DNA from: Pirellulales bacterium
GTDB taxonomy: Bacteria > Planctomycetota > Planctomycetia > Pirellulales > JBFWUW01
Reading direction: 5' to 3'
Assembly: GCA_050247075.1 (NCBI GenBank)
Contig: JBFWUW010000020.1
Span: 26,877 to 90,876, forward strand
Length of the DNA stretch: 64,000 nucleotides
Positions 28,632 through 38,720 of the stretch are shown piece after piece. The position numbers and the translations under genes were made by a program. The first letter of the stretch is position 1; each line of letters opens with the position of its first letter. A model generated the notes under the pieces. That model ran no database searches, was not told the origin of the DNA, and was given only the letters and a program-made list of their open reading frames with translations.

Positions 28632-29513
28632 TTACTTGTAATCCCAGCGGTAGTCAACCTCGTCGGGAATGCCAAAACGGATTTCGCGTTCGTGTTCGTG
28701 CAGTTCGTCGCCCGGCCGATAGAAGTTAAGTTGCAAGGTTTTGCGGTAGTACTTTTGCGACCCATCCTTCAACTTTTCGCCATCTTTCCAGATGTAAGCA
28801 TTGGACAGGCCCTGGATGTAAATGGAGAAACGGTCGGTGGTTGGGTCGATGTCTTCCCAGGTGACCACACCCCACACCTCGTTATCGCCCGGCTTTTTGG
28901 AGGGCTTGATCGAGACATCGGAGATTTCCACCGCGTTTAACAGGCGGCGGCGAGGGTCTTCCCGCAGCCGGATTGGCTTGTTGGCCAGCGGAATGATGCG
29001 GTCGGGGTAGTACTTGCCGTTGTCCCAACTGTGCAGCATGAAACGGGGGATAAACCGCACCGGTTCATCAGAAGTGTTCCGCACATGATAGACCATATAC
29101 CACAGCGTTTTGCGATCAAAACGGCCAGAGCCGTTGGGGACATCGACCTGAATGTAACGCACCGGCTTAAAGGTAAACTCCAAAGCCCAAACTTCGTGCT
29201 CGTAACGAATGTCTTTGGCCAGATTGTCCGACCAGGGGCGCTCGCCGAAATTGGGATCGGCGGCGACAACATCCAGCAGATCGTGCCGGCTCAGCGATTC
29301 CTCTTTGCGTTGGGCAGGGTCGATTGTCCGCTCCACGCCGGGGGCCAAACGGCGGAAAGGGCCTTTGTCGGAGGGCTCAATGTCTCGCGGCGCGTTGGCG
29401 GCAACCGCAACGTCTTTCCCTGGCTGATCTTGGGCCGATACCGGGACGGCGGCGGAACCAGCCAGCAGGGCCAGGAGAAGGGACAAGCCATTGATTTTGG
29501 CGACACAAGACAT
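28632..29513 (-). CDS. Hypothetical exported protein
   Basis: Signal peptide (LSLLLALLAGSAAVPVSA) and aromatic-rich beta-like mature part. Confidence 0.75.
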   Translation of the reverse strand: MSCVAKINGLSLLLALLAGSAAVPVSAQDQPGKDVAVAANAPRDIEPSDKGPFRRLAPGVERTIDPAQRKEESLSRHDLLDVVAADPNFGERPWSDNLAKDIRYEHEVWALEFTFKPVRYIQVDVPNGSGRFDRKTLWYMVYHVRNTSDEPVRFIPRFMLHSWDNGKYYPDRIIPLANKPIRLREDPRRRLLNAVEISDVSIKPSKKPGDNEVWGVVTWEDIDPTTDRFSIYIQGLSNAYIWKDGEKLKDGSQKYYRKTLQLNFYRPGDELHEHEREIRFGIPDEVDYRWDYK

Positions 29514-29599
29514 GAAGCACCTAAGAAAGGACAAGGCTCACGGGCCAGCGGGCTTCCTGCCACGGAAGTATTTAGTATAGGTAGACTTGCGACCCACGG

Positions 29600-30397
29600 T
29601 CAAGTTTTCGTTTGGCGGTTTTCCGGAGGGGCCGGATAGAGGTTCCAGACCACTTGAAGCGGTTGCCGGGGCGCGGCCCCCAGTGCCGCGGACGATTCAT
29701 AAGTCTTTTCTGAAACAGCACTTGCTGCTGCTGTTAAGCACAATTGTGGCTGCGAAAAGGGCCACGGGGCGACTTCGATTTCGCCAGCCGAAGTGGGCGC
29801 AACATGGACATCAGGCCCTTGTGGCGGCTGAAAGGAGTACGGCTCTGTCCGTGGCTGGCAGCAGAGCCACAAACTAAGTCCATCGAAGAATTGCAGCCAG
29901 GCCAGGGTGTTTTCGGCCTTGGCCCGCGATGTTGGCAATTCCGCGTCGGGCTGCCATTGAAGCAAGAGCCTGGTTTGCAACGCGGACTGTTGCCGCAGAT
30001 AGGCGGTGGCGGTGAGCAGCTTCTGTTGCTCCCCCAGATCCCACTGTCGCATGCCGCGTTCCAGCAGGACGGAAAAGTGCCGGCTGACGATGTAACCGGC
30101 CAGCGGGCCGATGTTGGCGGCGATGTCGATCGACTCTCGCCAGATCGGCAGCGAGTCCGCTAGCGGCATCTCCATAAAGTCGCGCGGCAGGCCGGACTCG
30201 GGCTCGATGTCGGGACGAAGCTCCCAGTTGGCCCAGCCATCGTCGTGGTGGTAAATCGCCTGCAACAGTTGCGGGCTATCACTTGGCAAACGCCGCCAGC
30301 CAACGGCCAGGTCGCCGGCGAGGCGGGCGTGTTCAATCTGCGTAATCAAGGCCCAGCCGTCTTTACCGGCTGGGGATTTCCAAGGTCGGCGTATCAT
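29600..30397 (-). CDS. DUF3891-like protein (HD-related)
   Basis: MIRR...LITQIEHARLAGDLAVGW, AIYHHDDGW, PRDFMEM, VSRHF, DGLSLWLCC, VAPWPF. Confidence 0.75.
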   Translation of the reverse strand: MIRRPWKSPAGKDGWALITQIEHARLAGDLAVGWRRLPSDSPQLLQAIYHHDDGWANWELRPDIEPESGLPRDFMEMPLADSLPIWRESIDIAANIGPLAGYIVSRHFSVLLERGMRQWDLGEQQKLLTATAYLRQQSALQTRLLLQWQPDAELPTSRAKAENTLAWLQFFDGLSLWLCCQPRTEPYSFQPPQGPDVHVAPTSAGEIEVAPWPFSQPQLCLTAAASAVSEKTYESSAALGAAPRQPLQVVWNLYPAPPENRQTKT

Positions 30398-30565
30398 GCT
30401 GCCTACATTCGGCGACGGAGCCGCCTCCTCCATTCGACCATGTCAGGCCCGATCGAAGCAAAGACGGGCCGTGATGCATTCCTTCGCCTGATTGACCGGA
30501 CGGGCCGGTTGTTGGATCATGCTGCTTGGCATTTCTCGGCAGCCGTACTCTCGATCGGATCAACC

Positions 30566-31468
30566 ATGAACGCCGTTGCGCTCCTTCTGGCTATTCTATC
30601 CGCTGAGCCGTTGGCCGCGGGAGACCATGAACGAGAAATCGTGGTGGATGGTCGCGAGCGGTCGTACCTGGTGCATGTCCCCAAGAACTATCAACATGCC
30701 CAGCCGACTCCCATTGTATTGATTTACCACGGCGCAGCCATGAACGGCCGCATGATGGCCGATACTTGCGGCATGAGCCAGAAGGCCGACGAGGCCGGCT
30801 TTGTGGCGGTCTATCCCAATGGGCTGGGGATTGGCAAGGCGATGCTGGTCTTCAACGCTGGCGGAATCGCCGAACAAACGCTGAAGGACCGGCCCGACGA
30901 CGTCGCCTTCGCCCGCGGCCTATTGGATGATTTGGCGCTGGTGGTGCATGTCGATCCGCGCCGAGTATTTGCCACCGGGCTGTCGAACGGCGGCATGATG
31001 AGCTATCGGCTGGCGGCGGAAATGGCGAACCGCATCGCGGCGATTGCGCCGGTGGGTGGCACGTTGGGCCTGGAGGAATGCCTGCCCCAGCAGCCGGTTT
31101 CCGTGATGCACTTTCACGGAACGGAAGACCGTCTGGTCCCCTGGGGTGGGCCCAACGCGCGGTCGGCCAAGGTGATGAGGTTTCGCGCGGTGGAGGACTC
31201 GGTTAACGCTTGGGTCAAGCTCAACGGCTGCCAGGCGGAACCCGTCGTAACGGCGTTGGCCGACGCGAAGGACGACGGCACCACCGTGGAACGCTGGGAC
31301 TATCCCGGCGGACGCGACGGCGCGGAAGTGGTGCTCTTCAAGGTCGAAGGAGGCGGGCACACCTGGCCAGGGCAGAAACCGCTGATTGATCTGCTGGGCA
31401 AGTCCACGTATGACATCTCGGCCAATGATGAAATGTGGGAGTTCTTTCAGCGCCATCCGAAGCCGTGA
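30566..31468 (+). CDS. Secreted LpqC/PHB-depolymerase-like esterase
   Basis: RSYLVHVP, YHG, AVYPNG, DDVAF, GLSNGGMM, HFHGTEDRLVP, GGGHTWPG. Confidence 0.9.
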   Translation: MNAVALLLAILSAEPLAAGDHEREIVVDGRERSYLVHVPKNYQHAQPTPIVLIYHGAAMNGRMMADTCGMSQKADEAGFVAVYPNGLGIGKAMLVFNAGGIAEQTLKDRPDDVAFARGLLDDLALVVHVDPRRVFATGLSNGGMMSYRLAAEMANRIAAIAPVGGTLGLEECLPQQPVSVMHFHGTEDRLVPWGGPNARSAKVMRFRAVEDSVNAWVKLNGCQAEPVVTALADAKDDGTTVERWDYPGGRDGAEVVLFKVEGGGHTWPGQKPLIDLLGKSTYDISANDEMWEFFQRHPKP

Positions 31469-31478
31469 GATCGGTGTT

Positions 31479-31582
31479 TGTAGGAGGCGATTCCATCGCC
31501 GATCACTCTGTAGGAGCCGTCTCCGACGGCGACAATACGCTTGCCACGGTATTGCAAATCGGCGATGGAATCGCCTCCTACA
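31479..31582. repeat. Cluster of three GTAG-type REPs
   Basis: TGTAGGAGGCGATTCCATCGCCGAT (31479-503), variant TGTAGGAGCCGTCTCCGACGGCGAC (31509-33), inverted copy 31558-82. Confidence 0.88.
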
Positions 31583-32156
31583 ACCGCGTGTGCAACAGCC
31601 ATTCCACGACCGCCAACAGCATCCACGCGGCGGTAACTCCCCAGGCGTGGCGGCGATTGACCATTCCGCCGGGCACGCCAATTCCAAATGGCTTGCTCAG
31701 GCCGTGCAGCAGCCCAATGCCGGCCACTAACACGGGAAATCCAAACGCCACCAGAACCCATTGCGGCATCCCCAATCGCAGCATTTGCTTGGCATCGCCC
31801 GCCGGAATGAACGCTCCAAAAGCCAGGTGCGCTCCGTTGGCAATCAGGCAGAAGCCGGCGAAGAACGTGGCCAAATAAGTCCATGTGGGCCTGGTCGCGC
31901 GGACCATCCACAGCAGCAAGATCGGCAGGGCGCTGCCCCAGATAGGCCCGCCCCAGGCCACCAGCATCGGGCGGGGATTGAACAAGATCTTCGGCTCGGC
32001 TGATAGCGAGAATGGCTGAAGTTCCACGCCAAAAATCAGGGCATCGGCCATAACGGCATAGACCAGGTGCCCCAATAGATGAAACACCATCATTCCCAGC
32101 CACGACAGCAGCAAGGTCGAAACGAGCAGCAGGGCCTGATGCAGCCGATTGAGCAT
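31578..32156 (-). CDS. Membrane protein, M50-peptidase-like with degenerate HExxH (HLLGH)
   Basis: Multi-TM protein; FHLLGH, AWGGPIWG, GDAKQM. Confidence 0.65.
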   Translation of the reverse strand: MLNRLHQALLLVSTLLLSWLGMMVFHLLGHLVYAVMADALIFGVELQPFSLSAEPKILFNPRPMLVAWGGPIWGSALPILLLWMVRATRPTWTYLATFFAGFCLIANGAHLAFGAFIPAGDAKQMLRLGMPQWVLVAFGFPVLVAGIGLLHGLSKPFGIGVPGGMVNRRHAWGVTAAWMLLAVVEWLLHTRL

Positions 32157-32247
32157 TGATGGTCCGAGGCGGCGGCGTTGGTCGGTGCGAAGAGGTTCAC
32201 ACTATAACCCGACACGCCGTTCGGCCCCATCGTTTTGCTCGCCGCAA

Positions 32248-33366
32248 TTAACCAACGCGCGCATGTGCCCGGCAGCAGCGCTCTAATATGTCGGCACGCG
32301 GTTCAGCGCCAATCCCAGGGACGTTCGGGGCAAAGACATGCGGCAAGCCGTCTGGACCGGGGGCCAATTCCAGTTCTGGCTGCGCCAGGTCTTGGTGATA
32401 GAACCGGCTGGAGGGAAAGATATCGGCCGGGTAGGTGAAGTTATCTAACATGGCCAGGGCCACGCAAGTCCGCGAGCCAATGGCGCTCTCCAACATGCCG
32501 CCGACCCAGCAAGGTATGCCCGCCTGCTGGCAGAGATTATGAATGGCCACGGCCACCGTCAGTCCCCCTACGCGGCCCGGCTTGATGTTGACGAAGCGGC
32601 AACTTCCCAACTCGATGGCTTGCTGGGCACGTTCGACCGATGTGATGGTTTCATCCAGGCATACGGGTGTGCGAATGGCCTGCTGCAATTTGGCATGGTC
32701 CACCACGTCATCGTGGGCCAGCGGTTGCTCGATCATGGCCAGATTGAACTCATCGACCTGGCGGAAGGTTTCCAGGTCTTTCAAGCGATAGCCGCTGTTG
32801 CAGTCGATATGAAAGGTCGTATCGGGAAAACGGGTTCTCACCTGGCGGAGCATGTCGAGATCCCAGCCCGGGCGGAACTTCAGCTTGATCCGGGGAAAGC
32901 GGGCATCGACCGCGCACGAGATGCCCGTTAAGAGTTGATCGACGGAATCCATCACGCCGAAATCGGCACCCACAGCCACGGAATCGCGCGTAGCGCCTAG
33001 CAACCGGTGCAGCGGCTTGTTTTGCCGTTGGGACTCCAACACCCACCAGGCGGTATCGAGCGCGGCCTTGGCGAATTGGTTGCCCTTGAAGTGCGCCAGG
33101 CGAGATTGCAGATCTTGGCCAGAGTTGATCTGTTGCCCCACCAGCGCCGGGGCCAACCAATCACGCAGGCAGGCAAAGGCTCCCCCGGCCCATTCCGGGC
33201 TGTAACAGGGTGCGGCAAACGGAGCCGCTTCTCCCCAGGCTACCAACGGGCCGCTTTGCATGCGTGCCAACACCCCTTCAATCGCCGCGTCCTCGCCATA
33301 GGCCGTGCGCCAGGGGTAGATCAAAGGCATGGCCACGTGAAACAATTCGATCGAGTCGATGCGCAT
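32248..33366 (-). CDS. menC: o-Succinylbenzoate synthase / N-acylamino acid racemase (enolase superfamily)
   Basis: KLKFRPGWD, IDCNSGY, IEQPL, CLDE, NIKPGRVGG, WVGGMLE, PADI; the enolase-superfamily call is firm, the exact substrate is not. Confidence 0.85.
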   Translation of the reverse strand: MRIDSIELFHVAMPLIYPWRTAYGEDAAIEGVLARMQSGPLVAWGEAAPFAAPCYSPEWAGGAFACLRDWLAPALVGQQINSGQDLQSRLAHFKGNQFAKAALDTAWWVLESQRQNKPLHRLLGATRDSVAVGADFGVMDSVDQLLTGISCAVDARFPRIKLKFRPGWDLDMLRQVRTRFPDTTFHIDCNSGYRLKDLETFRQVDEFNLAMIEQPLAHDDVVDHAKLQQAIRTPVCLDETITSVERAQQAIELGSCRFVNIKPGRVGGLTVAVAIHNLCQQAGIPCWVGGMLESAIGSRTCVALAMLDNFTYPADIFPSSRFYHQDLAQPELELAPGPDGLPHVFAPNVPGIGAEPRADILERCCRAHARVG

Positions 33367-33414
33367 GAATGAATTGGCGGTTGGTGAAAGGAAGGTGGGA
33401 GAACTTAAAGAACG

Positions 33415-34023
33415 TCAAACCCGTCGCAAGATACAAAACCAGGCCTTGGGACCCCCTTCGCTAAAGCTAATCTCTTTCAGGTCGGGCAGCACCTCAAACC
33501 GGGCCGGCTCGATCGACTCCACGGCCCAATCGCTGGCAAACGTGCTTTCAAGCTCCTGCCGTGTCACCCGCCGCGGGCCTTGCTCGCCTGGTTCCTCATC
33601 ACTGAAACAGAGCAAGAACAACTTGCCACCGGGCTTCAAAACGGTGGCCAGGCCCGTTATGTACTTTTGGCGGTCTTCGTTGGAGAAGACATGGAACAAG
33701 CCGCAGTCGATCGCCGAGTCAAACAGTTCCGGCAGCTCGCGTAAGGCCAGGGCGTCCATGAGCAGGAAATTGGCTTTCAACCCGCGATCGGCTGCCTTTT
33801 TTCGGGCCTGGTCGATGGGGAATTGCAAGAAGTCGATGCCGGTGACTTTGTGGCCACATGCGGCGAAGAATAGCGAATTATCGCCCGTGCCGCAGCCGGC
33901 ATCGAGGATGGAACCGGCGATCTGGCCGGCGGCATCGACGAAGGTCTTCTGCGGTCGGCCGATATCCCAGGGAGCTTGTCCGGCATAAGCTGCTTCAAAC
34001 GTGCCGCGGTCAGGGACTTCCAT
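33415..34023 (-). CDS. Class I SAM-dependent methyltransferase
   Basis: APWDIGRPQ, ILDAGCGTG, VTGIDF, FDSAIDCGLFH, LKPGG. Confidence 0.92.
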   Translation of the reverse strand: MEVPDRGTFEAAYAGQAPWDIGRPQKTFVDAAGQIAGSILDAGCGTGDNSLFFAACGHKVTGIDFLQFPIDQARKKAADRGLKANFLLMDALALRELPELFDSAIDCGLFHVFSNEDRQKYITGLATVLKPGGKLFLLCFSDEEPGEQGPRRVTRQELESTFASDWAVESIEPARFEVLPDLKEISFSEGGPKAWFCILRRV

Positions 34024-34057
34024 GCGACTTCCTCCAGAAAGGGTGATGCCTTCGTAC

Positions 34058-34717
34058 TTATTCCTCCCCCTCCAGCACCACACGAACTTTGATGGGAGGT
34101 GTGGTGACCTCGTATTGCTTAGGCTTGCCGACCGGTTTGGTCTCGTCGGGAAACGGAAACGGCGGCAGCCCCGTGTAGACCGTGTAGGTGGCGGTGATTG
34201 AATAATCGCCTGGCTCGCACCAAAATATCCAAGGCGTGCCGCCGTTTGGATTGAGCGACGTAATGGTGAGGCGATGCGTTTTGCCAGGCGCGATCGTCGG
34301 CTGAACGCTCGATCCCGACGACTCGCCCGAGACCGTCCGTAGATTGCTCGGCTCGACCACTCCTGGCCCCTCCACCGTGAGATTTGGATAGTCGATCGAT
34401 CCGCGCGGCCAAATCATCACGTCTTCCTGGCTGACGTTCTTGATTTCGAAGATCAACTTTACCCTGGGAGCAGAGGGAAGTTTTTTGTCATCGGTCTCTT
34501 CTTCGATCCGCTGGCGAAACGCCTTGCCGTGCCGTGCTTTGGGCAACGTGTATTGTGACTTAATGGCGATGAGGCGAACTTCAACCGGAGAAGGCTCCGG
34601 GACATCTTCCTTGGCAGCATCGGCGAGAAGATCGGTGGCGGCCCAACAAAGTAGCAATGCCGCCATCAATACGGCCGGTGAGCCAGCCTTTGCCGAAGTG
34701 CCGATCGCGAGTTGCAT
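34058..34717 (-). CDS. Hypothetical exported protein (Ig-like features)
   Basis: Signal-like segment; FEIKNVS...TIAPGKT...PGDYSITATY pattern. Confidence 0.65.
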   Translation of the reverse strand: MQLAIGTSAKAGSPAVLMAALLLCWAATDLLADAAKEDVPEPSPVEVRLIAIKSQYTLPKARHGKAFRQRIEEETDDKKLPSAPRVKLIFEIKNVSQEDVMIWPRGSIDYPNLTVEGPGVVEPSNLRTVSGESSGSSVQPTIAPGKTHRLTITSLNPNGGTPWIFWCEPGDYSITATYTVYTGLPPFPFPDETKPVGKPKQYEVTTPPIKVRVVLEGEE

Positions 34718-34837
34718 GACTGGCTCCTGTTCGTGCCGTGCGAAGTTCCCGCGGGCTTCCCGGGAACTAACAGCATAGAGCCGATTGATGGCCAACAACA
34801 GCCAGGGCCGTTGTTGGCAGACCTCGCGAGGGCCGCC

Positions 34838-35941
34838 TTACGCCGCGGCCTTGGCCTCTGGCTGGGCCGCTGGCTTGGGGGCCCAAGTGTTCTTCCACAA
34901 CTGCATGAACACGGCTGCAATGCCCGACCGCACCGTGCGGTGGTAGTCGGAGTTGGGTGGCAAGGTGTTCATCAGCCGCCGGTGCGCCCGGCCCAGCGCA
35001 TGGTAAGGCAAGTGGGGAAACAAATGGTGCAACGCGTGGTAACGCAGCCCCAGCGGCACAAACAATTCCGCGATCGGAGCATTGCCAGGAAGCGTGATCG
35101 AGTCTTGCAGTTGCCCCAGATAGCTGACGGTCTCGCCTTCGTGCAGGTAGTTGTGCAGGCACAACGCTCGAATAAAGTTGAGGGTCAACACACCCGCCGC
35201 CATCGAATACAGCATGGGCAAGCGGGTCCACTCCATGGCACCCGTCGCCACCAACAGGGCCGGCGCTAGCGTGCGGGCAAAACAGGCCAGATCCAAGAAC
35301 GCCCAATACTTCAGCGGTGTACTAGGGGTAATCGCCAGCCGGTGCTGAAAGTTGGCGATGCCGAACGACGAAAACCGCGTTAGCAGCCAAGGTCGAAAGG
35401 GAGGGTACAAGAACGAAGCCGGCGTCAGGATCAAAAAGCGAAAGACGACCATCAACGGCCAGATAAACGTGAGCAGCAGAAAATAGCCGATTGTTCGGGG
35501 TGGATCGACGCCAAACGGCAGGTACTCGCCGTCACCGTCGGTTCCGTAGCTGTCGCAACGGTGGTGGTCCAGGTGGTGTGAGTAAGCAAAGGACGGAAAC
35601 AACAGCGGAATTCCGCACAACAAGTCCCAAGCTACGGCAAACGAGCGAAGGTTGTTTTGCCGCAGATGGACCAGTTCATGGACGAAGGAAGAGGCCCGAA
35701 AAATCAGCAGCACCGCCACCACGTAGCATGCCACTCGCAATACGGACAGACCGGGCAGCGTAAAATAGAAGTTGGCACAGGCGTAGCCGACAAAGATGCT
35801 AATCAAAAAATCGGCCCAATAGATGGCTGGATTGGGGGTAGCCAAATCGCGCAGGGCCATCTTCGCCTCTTTGAGCCAAACCGGAACGTCACCCTCGGTG
35901 CCGGCGGGCTGTGAGTGTTGGTGGAGCGAAGTCGTTCCCAT
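34838..35941 (-). CDS. Fatty acid desaturase family membrane protein
   Basis: His boxes HELVH, HHLDHH, YHALHH plus TM segments. Confidence 0.88.
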   Translation of the reverse strand: MGTTSLHQHSQPAGTEGDVPVWLKEAKMALRDLATPNPAIYWADFLISIFVGYACANFYFTLPGLSVLRVACYVVAVLLIFRASSFVHELVHLRQNNLRSFAVAWDLLCGIPLLFPSFAYSHHLDHHRCDSYGTDGDGEYLPFGVDPPRTIGYFLLLTFIWPLMVVFRFLILTPASFLYPPFRPWLLTRFSSFGIANFQHRLAITPSTPLKYWAFLDLACFARTLAPALLVATGAMEWTRLPMLYSMAAGVLTLNFIRALCLHNYLHEGETVSYLGQLQDSITLPGNAPIAELFVPLGLRYHALHHLFPHLPYHALGRAHRRLMNTLPPNSDYHRTVRSGIAAVFMQLWKNTWAPKPAAQPEAKAAA

Positions 35942-36340
35942 AGCAATAAGTTCTACAAAAAAGGGGGGGCGGCGATAGCAATCGGCGGTTGATACCGCTC
36001 CACATGTTTTCAGTCCAGAGGAACTCCTACCTACCTACGTCATCGGCAGGTCGATGTTTACTTCGTTAATTTTTACCCAAACAATCCAGATTATCCATAG
36101 TCGCAATGCTGATCGGACGAAAACCAGCACAAACCACCCGTACTTACAGCATATTTCAAGGTGACGAGAGTTTGTAGTGTTATTAGGGGGTTTTTGTCGT
36201 GTTCAGTGGCGATTTTCGCGATGTCCGCGTGAACCGTTCCAGAAATATTGGTGTCCGATAGCCGGCAGGTGATCGGCATCAGAGGTGGGCTACGACAGGC
36301 CGCGGAACCAAGCTGAATGATTTTTTCTACTGAGTACCGC

Positions 36341-36733
36341 ATGACATCGAAGAAACCGTCAATACCACACTCGCCACCCTTGTTTGACGATGGAGTGGAC
36401 CCCCGCAAGAAATTTCGCCACGGGGTGGCGCGTGGTGGTACCAACCGCAAGACGCTGCAGCTTTGCAGCCAGGTGGCCGATACATTGAACCAGGTACTAG
36501 GCGACGGCGCCGATGACGTGCTCTTGGCGTTGCACGTTCAAACTGTCCAGCCCGCCCCCGACAGTTCTCAACTGCTGGTGATCGTCGGCCCAGCCATGCC
36601 CGGCGAAGCGGTCGATTGCGCCGCGGCCTTGGCCAGCCTGCATGCCGCCAGCGGCAGATTGCGTGCGGCGGTGTCGGAGGCGATCACGCGACGCCGTTCG
36701 CCCAAGCTGTTGTTTCAGGTCGCGCCGGATTGA
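36341..36733 (+). CDS. RbfA-like (KH-fold) protein
   Basis: RKTLQLCSQVADTLNQVL...LHVQTVQPAPDSSQLLVIV...SGRLRAAVSEAITRRRSPKLLF follows the RbfA pattern. Confidence 0.7.
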   Translation: MTSKKPSIPHSPPLFDDGVDPRKKFRHGVARGGTNRKTLQLCSQVADTLNQVLGDGADDVLLALHVQTVQPAPDSSQLLVIVGPAMPGEAVDCAAALASLHAASGRLRAAVSEAITRRRSPKLLFQVAPD

Positions 36734-36751
36734 CCCACGCTGAGCCAGTTC

Positions 36752-37522
36752 CTAATCCTCGGCGGCAGCGGAATTCGCCGCTGGCTGGTCGTCGCCACCC
36801 GCCACAAACCGGTAGCCAGCGCCGCGGACACTCAAAAAGTGCCGCGGGCGGGCGGGGTCGGGTTCAAAGTACTTTCGCATGCGGACAATGAAGTTATCGA
36901 CCGTTCGCGTGGTGGGGCTGGTGTCGTGCCCCCAGACGTTCTCCAGCAGTTCCGCCCGATCAATCACCCGCCCCGCGTTCTCGGCAAAGTACTTGAGCAG
37001 GTTCATCTCGATCGTGGTCATCCGCACGGGCTTATCGGCGACGACCGCTTCGTAGGTATCAAAATTGACATGCGCCCGGCCAAATTCAAAGGTTCCGCGG
37101 ATTTCTTGCCGTTCGGCCTCCACGGGCCGCTTGGCTCGCCTCGCAAGCATATTGCGGACCATCGACAACAGTTCTTCCAACTCGAAAGGCTTGACCAGGT
37201 ATTGGTCGGCGCCAACTTCTTGCCCGCGAATGCGGTCCTCGGTCAGTGTGCGGGCGGTCAGCATCAGCACGGGGACTTCGTTGCCCGCCTCGCGCAGGGC
37301 CTCGCAGACGGCATATCCACTCATGCCGGGCAGCATCAGGTCTAGCACCACCAGGTCGATCGCCGCCTGGCCCTCCTTGAACAGTTTGAGCGCACTGGGC
37401 CCGTCTCCCACGGCCGTGACCTTATACCCTTCGGCCTCGAAGTTGTATTTCAACCCAATCGCCAGATGTTCTTCATCTTCGACGATGAGCAGATGTTTTG
37501 GGGAAGCGATGAGATTTGTCAT
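36752..37522 (-). CDS. OmpR-family response regulator
   Basis: LIVEDE, LDLMLPGMSG, MLTAR, GADQYLVKPF, TRTVDNFIVRMRK, VRGAGYRF. Confidence 0.96.
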   Translation of the reverse strand: MTNLIASPKHLLIVEDEEHLAIGLKYNFEAEGYKVTAVGDGPSALKLFKEGQAAIDLVVLDLMLPGMSGYAVCEALREAGNEVPVLMLTARTLTEDRIRGQEVGADQYLVKPFELEELLSMVRNMLARRAKRPVEAERQEIRGTFEFGRAHVNFDTYEAVVADKPVRMTTIEMNLLKYFAENAGRVIDRAELLENVWGHDTSPTTRTVDNFIVRMRKYFEPDPARPRHFLSVRGAGYRFVAGGDDQPAANSAAAED

Positions 37523-37565
37523 GGTCCACGACGGACGGGCGGCGAGGGAATTGCCATGGGATGGT

Positions 37566-38498
37566 TCAATCGGCGATGGAATCGCCTCCTACATTTTCTT
37601 GCTCGGCTGGCACCGCCTGGCCTGGCAGTTCCACTTCAAACACCGTGCCGGGTTGCTGGCCGCGTCCCCGCACGGTTATGCTGCCGCGCATCCTTCGCAC
37701 CAAGGTCCGAACAATGTACAGGCCCAGCCCGGTCCCTGGTTTGGATCGCTCCAACTCGCTTCCTACCCGCACGAAGCGGCCGAAGATCTTGCGGCGTAAA
37801 GCCGCCGGAATTCCCTGGCCGTTGTCGGAGATGCGGGTTACCACCTTGCCTTGGCCATTGACGCGCGACTCGATTTCCACCTGGGGAACATCACCGGCGT
37901 ATTTTACGGCATTGTCCACCAGATTGCGAAACAGCATTTCGACGTCGATCGGCCGGCCGCGCACCAGGGCGGGAAGGACATCAACACGGATCGTCTCGGC
38001 CGGCAGCCGGTAGCGTTGGCAAGCCGTCTCCGCGCAGTGCAGCAGCACGGCGGAGAGTTCCACGTCGTGGGCCTCGCTTTCCACCGGCGTCTGGTCCAGC
38101 CGGGCGGCGTCCAGCAGGTGGTTGATGAGATTGTCCAACCGTTCGACATCCTTGCTCATCAGCCGCAGAAAATCGGCTTGTTGTTCCTCTCCCACGCGAC
38201 GGCGTTCCAGCGTCTGCACGTACAGCTTCAGCGATGCCAGAGGGCTTTTCAACTCGTGCGTGACACTGTCGATGAAGTTGGACTGCCGTCGATTGAGGCG
38301 AATTTCCTTAATGGTCAGGACCAGGTAAAACACGGTGCCGACCAGCAGCAGGGCCAAAAATACGGTCCCCACGGCCAGCACGACCCAGTAGCCTTCGGAC
38401 CCGGTCACCAACACCCAGGCCACCGTCAGCACGACCAACAGCACGATCATGATGACCGCGATGGTGATGGTCCAACCTAGGGATCGGCTGCGAAACAT
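37566..38498 (-). CDS. Sensor histidine kinase (2 TM, short loop)
   Basis: VTHELKSPL, NLVDNAVKY, DNGQGI, IFGRF, GTGLGL. Confidence 0.96.
   Translation of the reverse strand: MFRSRSLGWTITIAVIMIVLLVVLTVAWVLVTGSEGYWVVLAVGTVFLALLLVGTVFYLVLTIKEIRLNRRQSNFIDSVTHELKSPLASLKLYVQTLERRRVGEEQQADFLRLMSKDVERLDNLINHLLDAARLDQTPVESEAHDVELSAVLLHCAETACQRYRLPAETIRVDVLPALVRGRPIDVEMLFRNLVDNAVKYAGDVPQVEIESRVNGQGKVVTRISDNGQGIPAALRRKIFGRFVRVGSELERSKPGTGLGLYIVRTLVRRMRGSITVRGRGQQPGTVFEVELPGQAVPAEQENVGGDSIAD
37569..37593 (-). repeat. GTAG-type REP forming the 3' end of the kinase CDS
   Basis: TGTAGGAGGCGATTCCATCGCCGAT on the minus strand, read as VGGDSIAD followed by the stop. Confidence 0.85.
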
Positions 38499-38720
38499 AC
38501 GATGCTGCTCGGTGGGTACGGCGGGCCGTGCCTGGCAATTGCAGCACGGCGTGCGACTGTTGAGACTATCCGCGGGGGTTGGCGCGTCAAGGCATGGCGA
38601 GCCTGGGCCGATGGCCGCGAACCCTTTTCTGGCCCAGATCGTCCACTGGATGGGACCGTCACGATAAACTGGCCCCGGCGTGACTGGTTTGCTTCCCTCG
38701 ATTCCTCAACGGCCGCTGCC

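Noticed and set aside
36035-36075. Sigma28-like GCCGATGA box upstream of the desaturase
   Set aside because: No TAAA -35 element at the expected spacing; too weak to call
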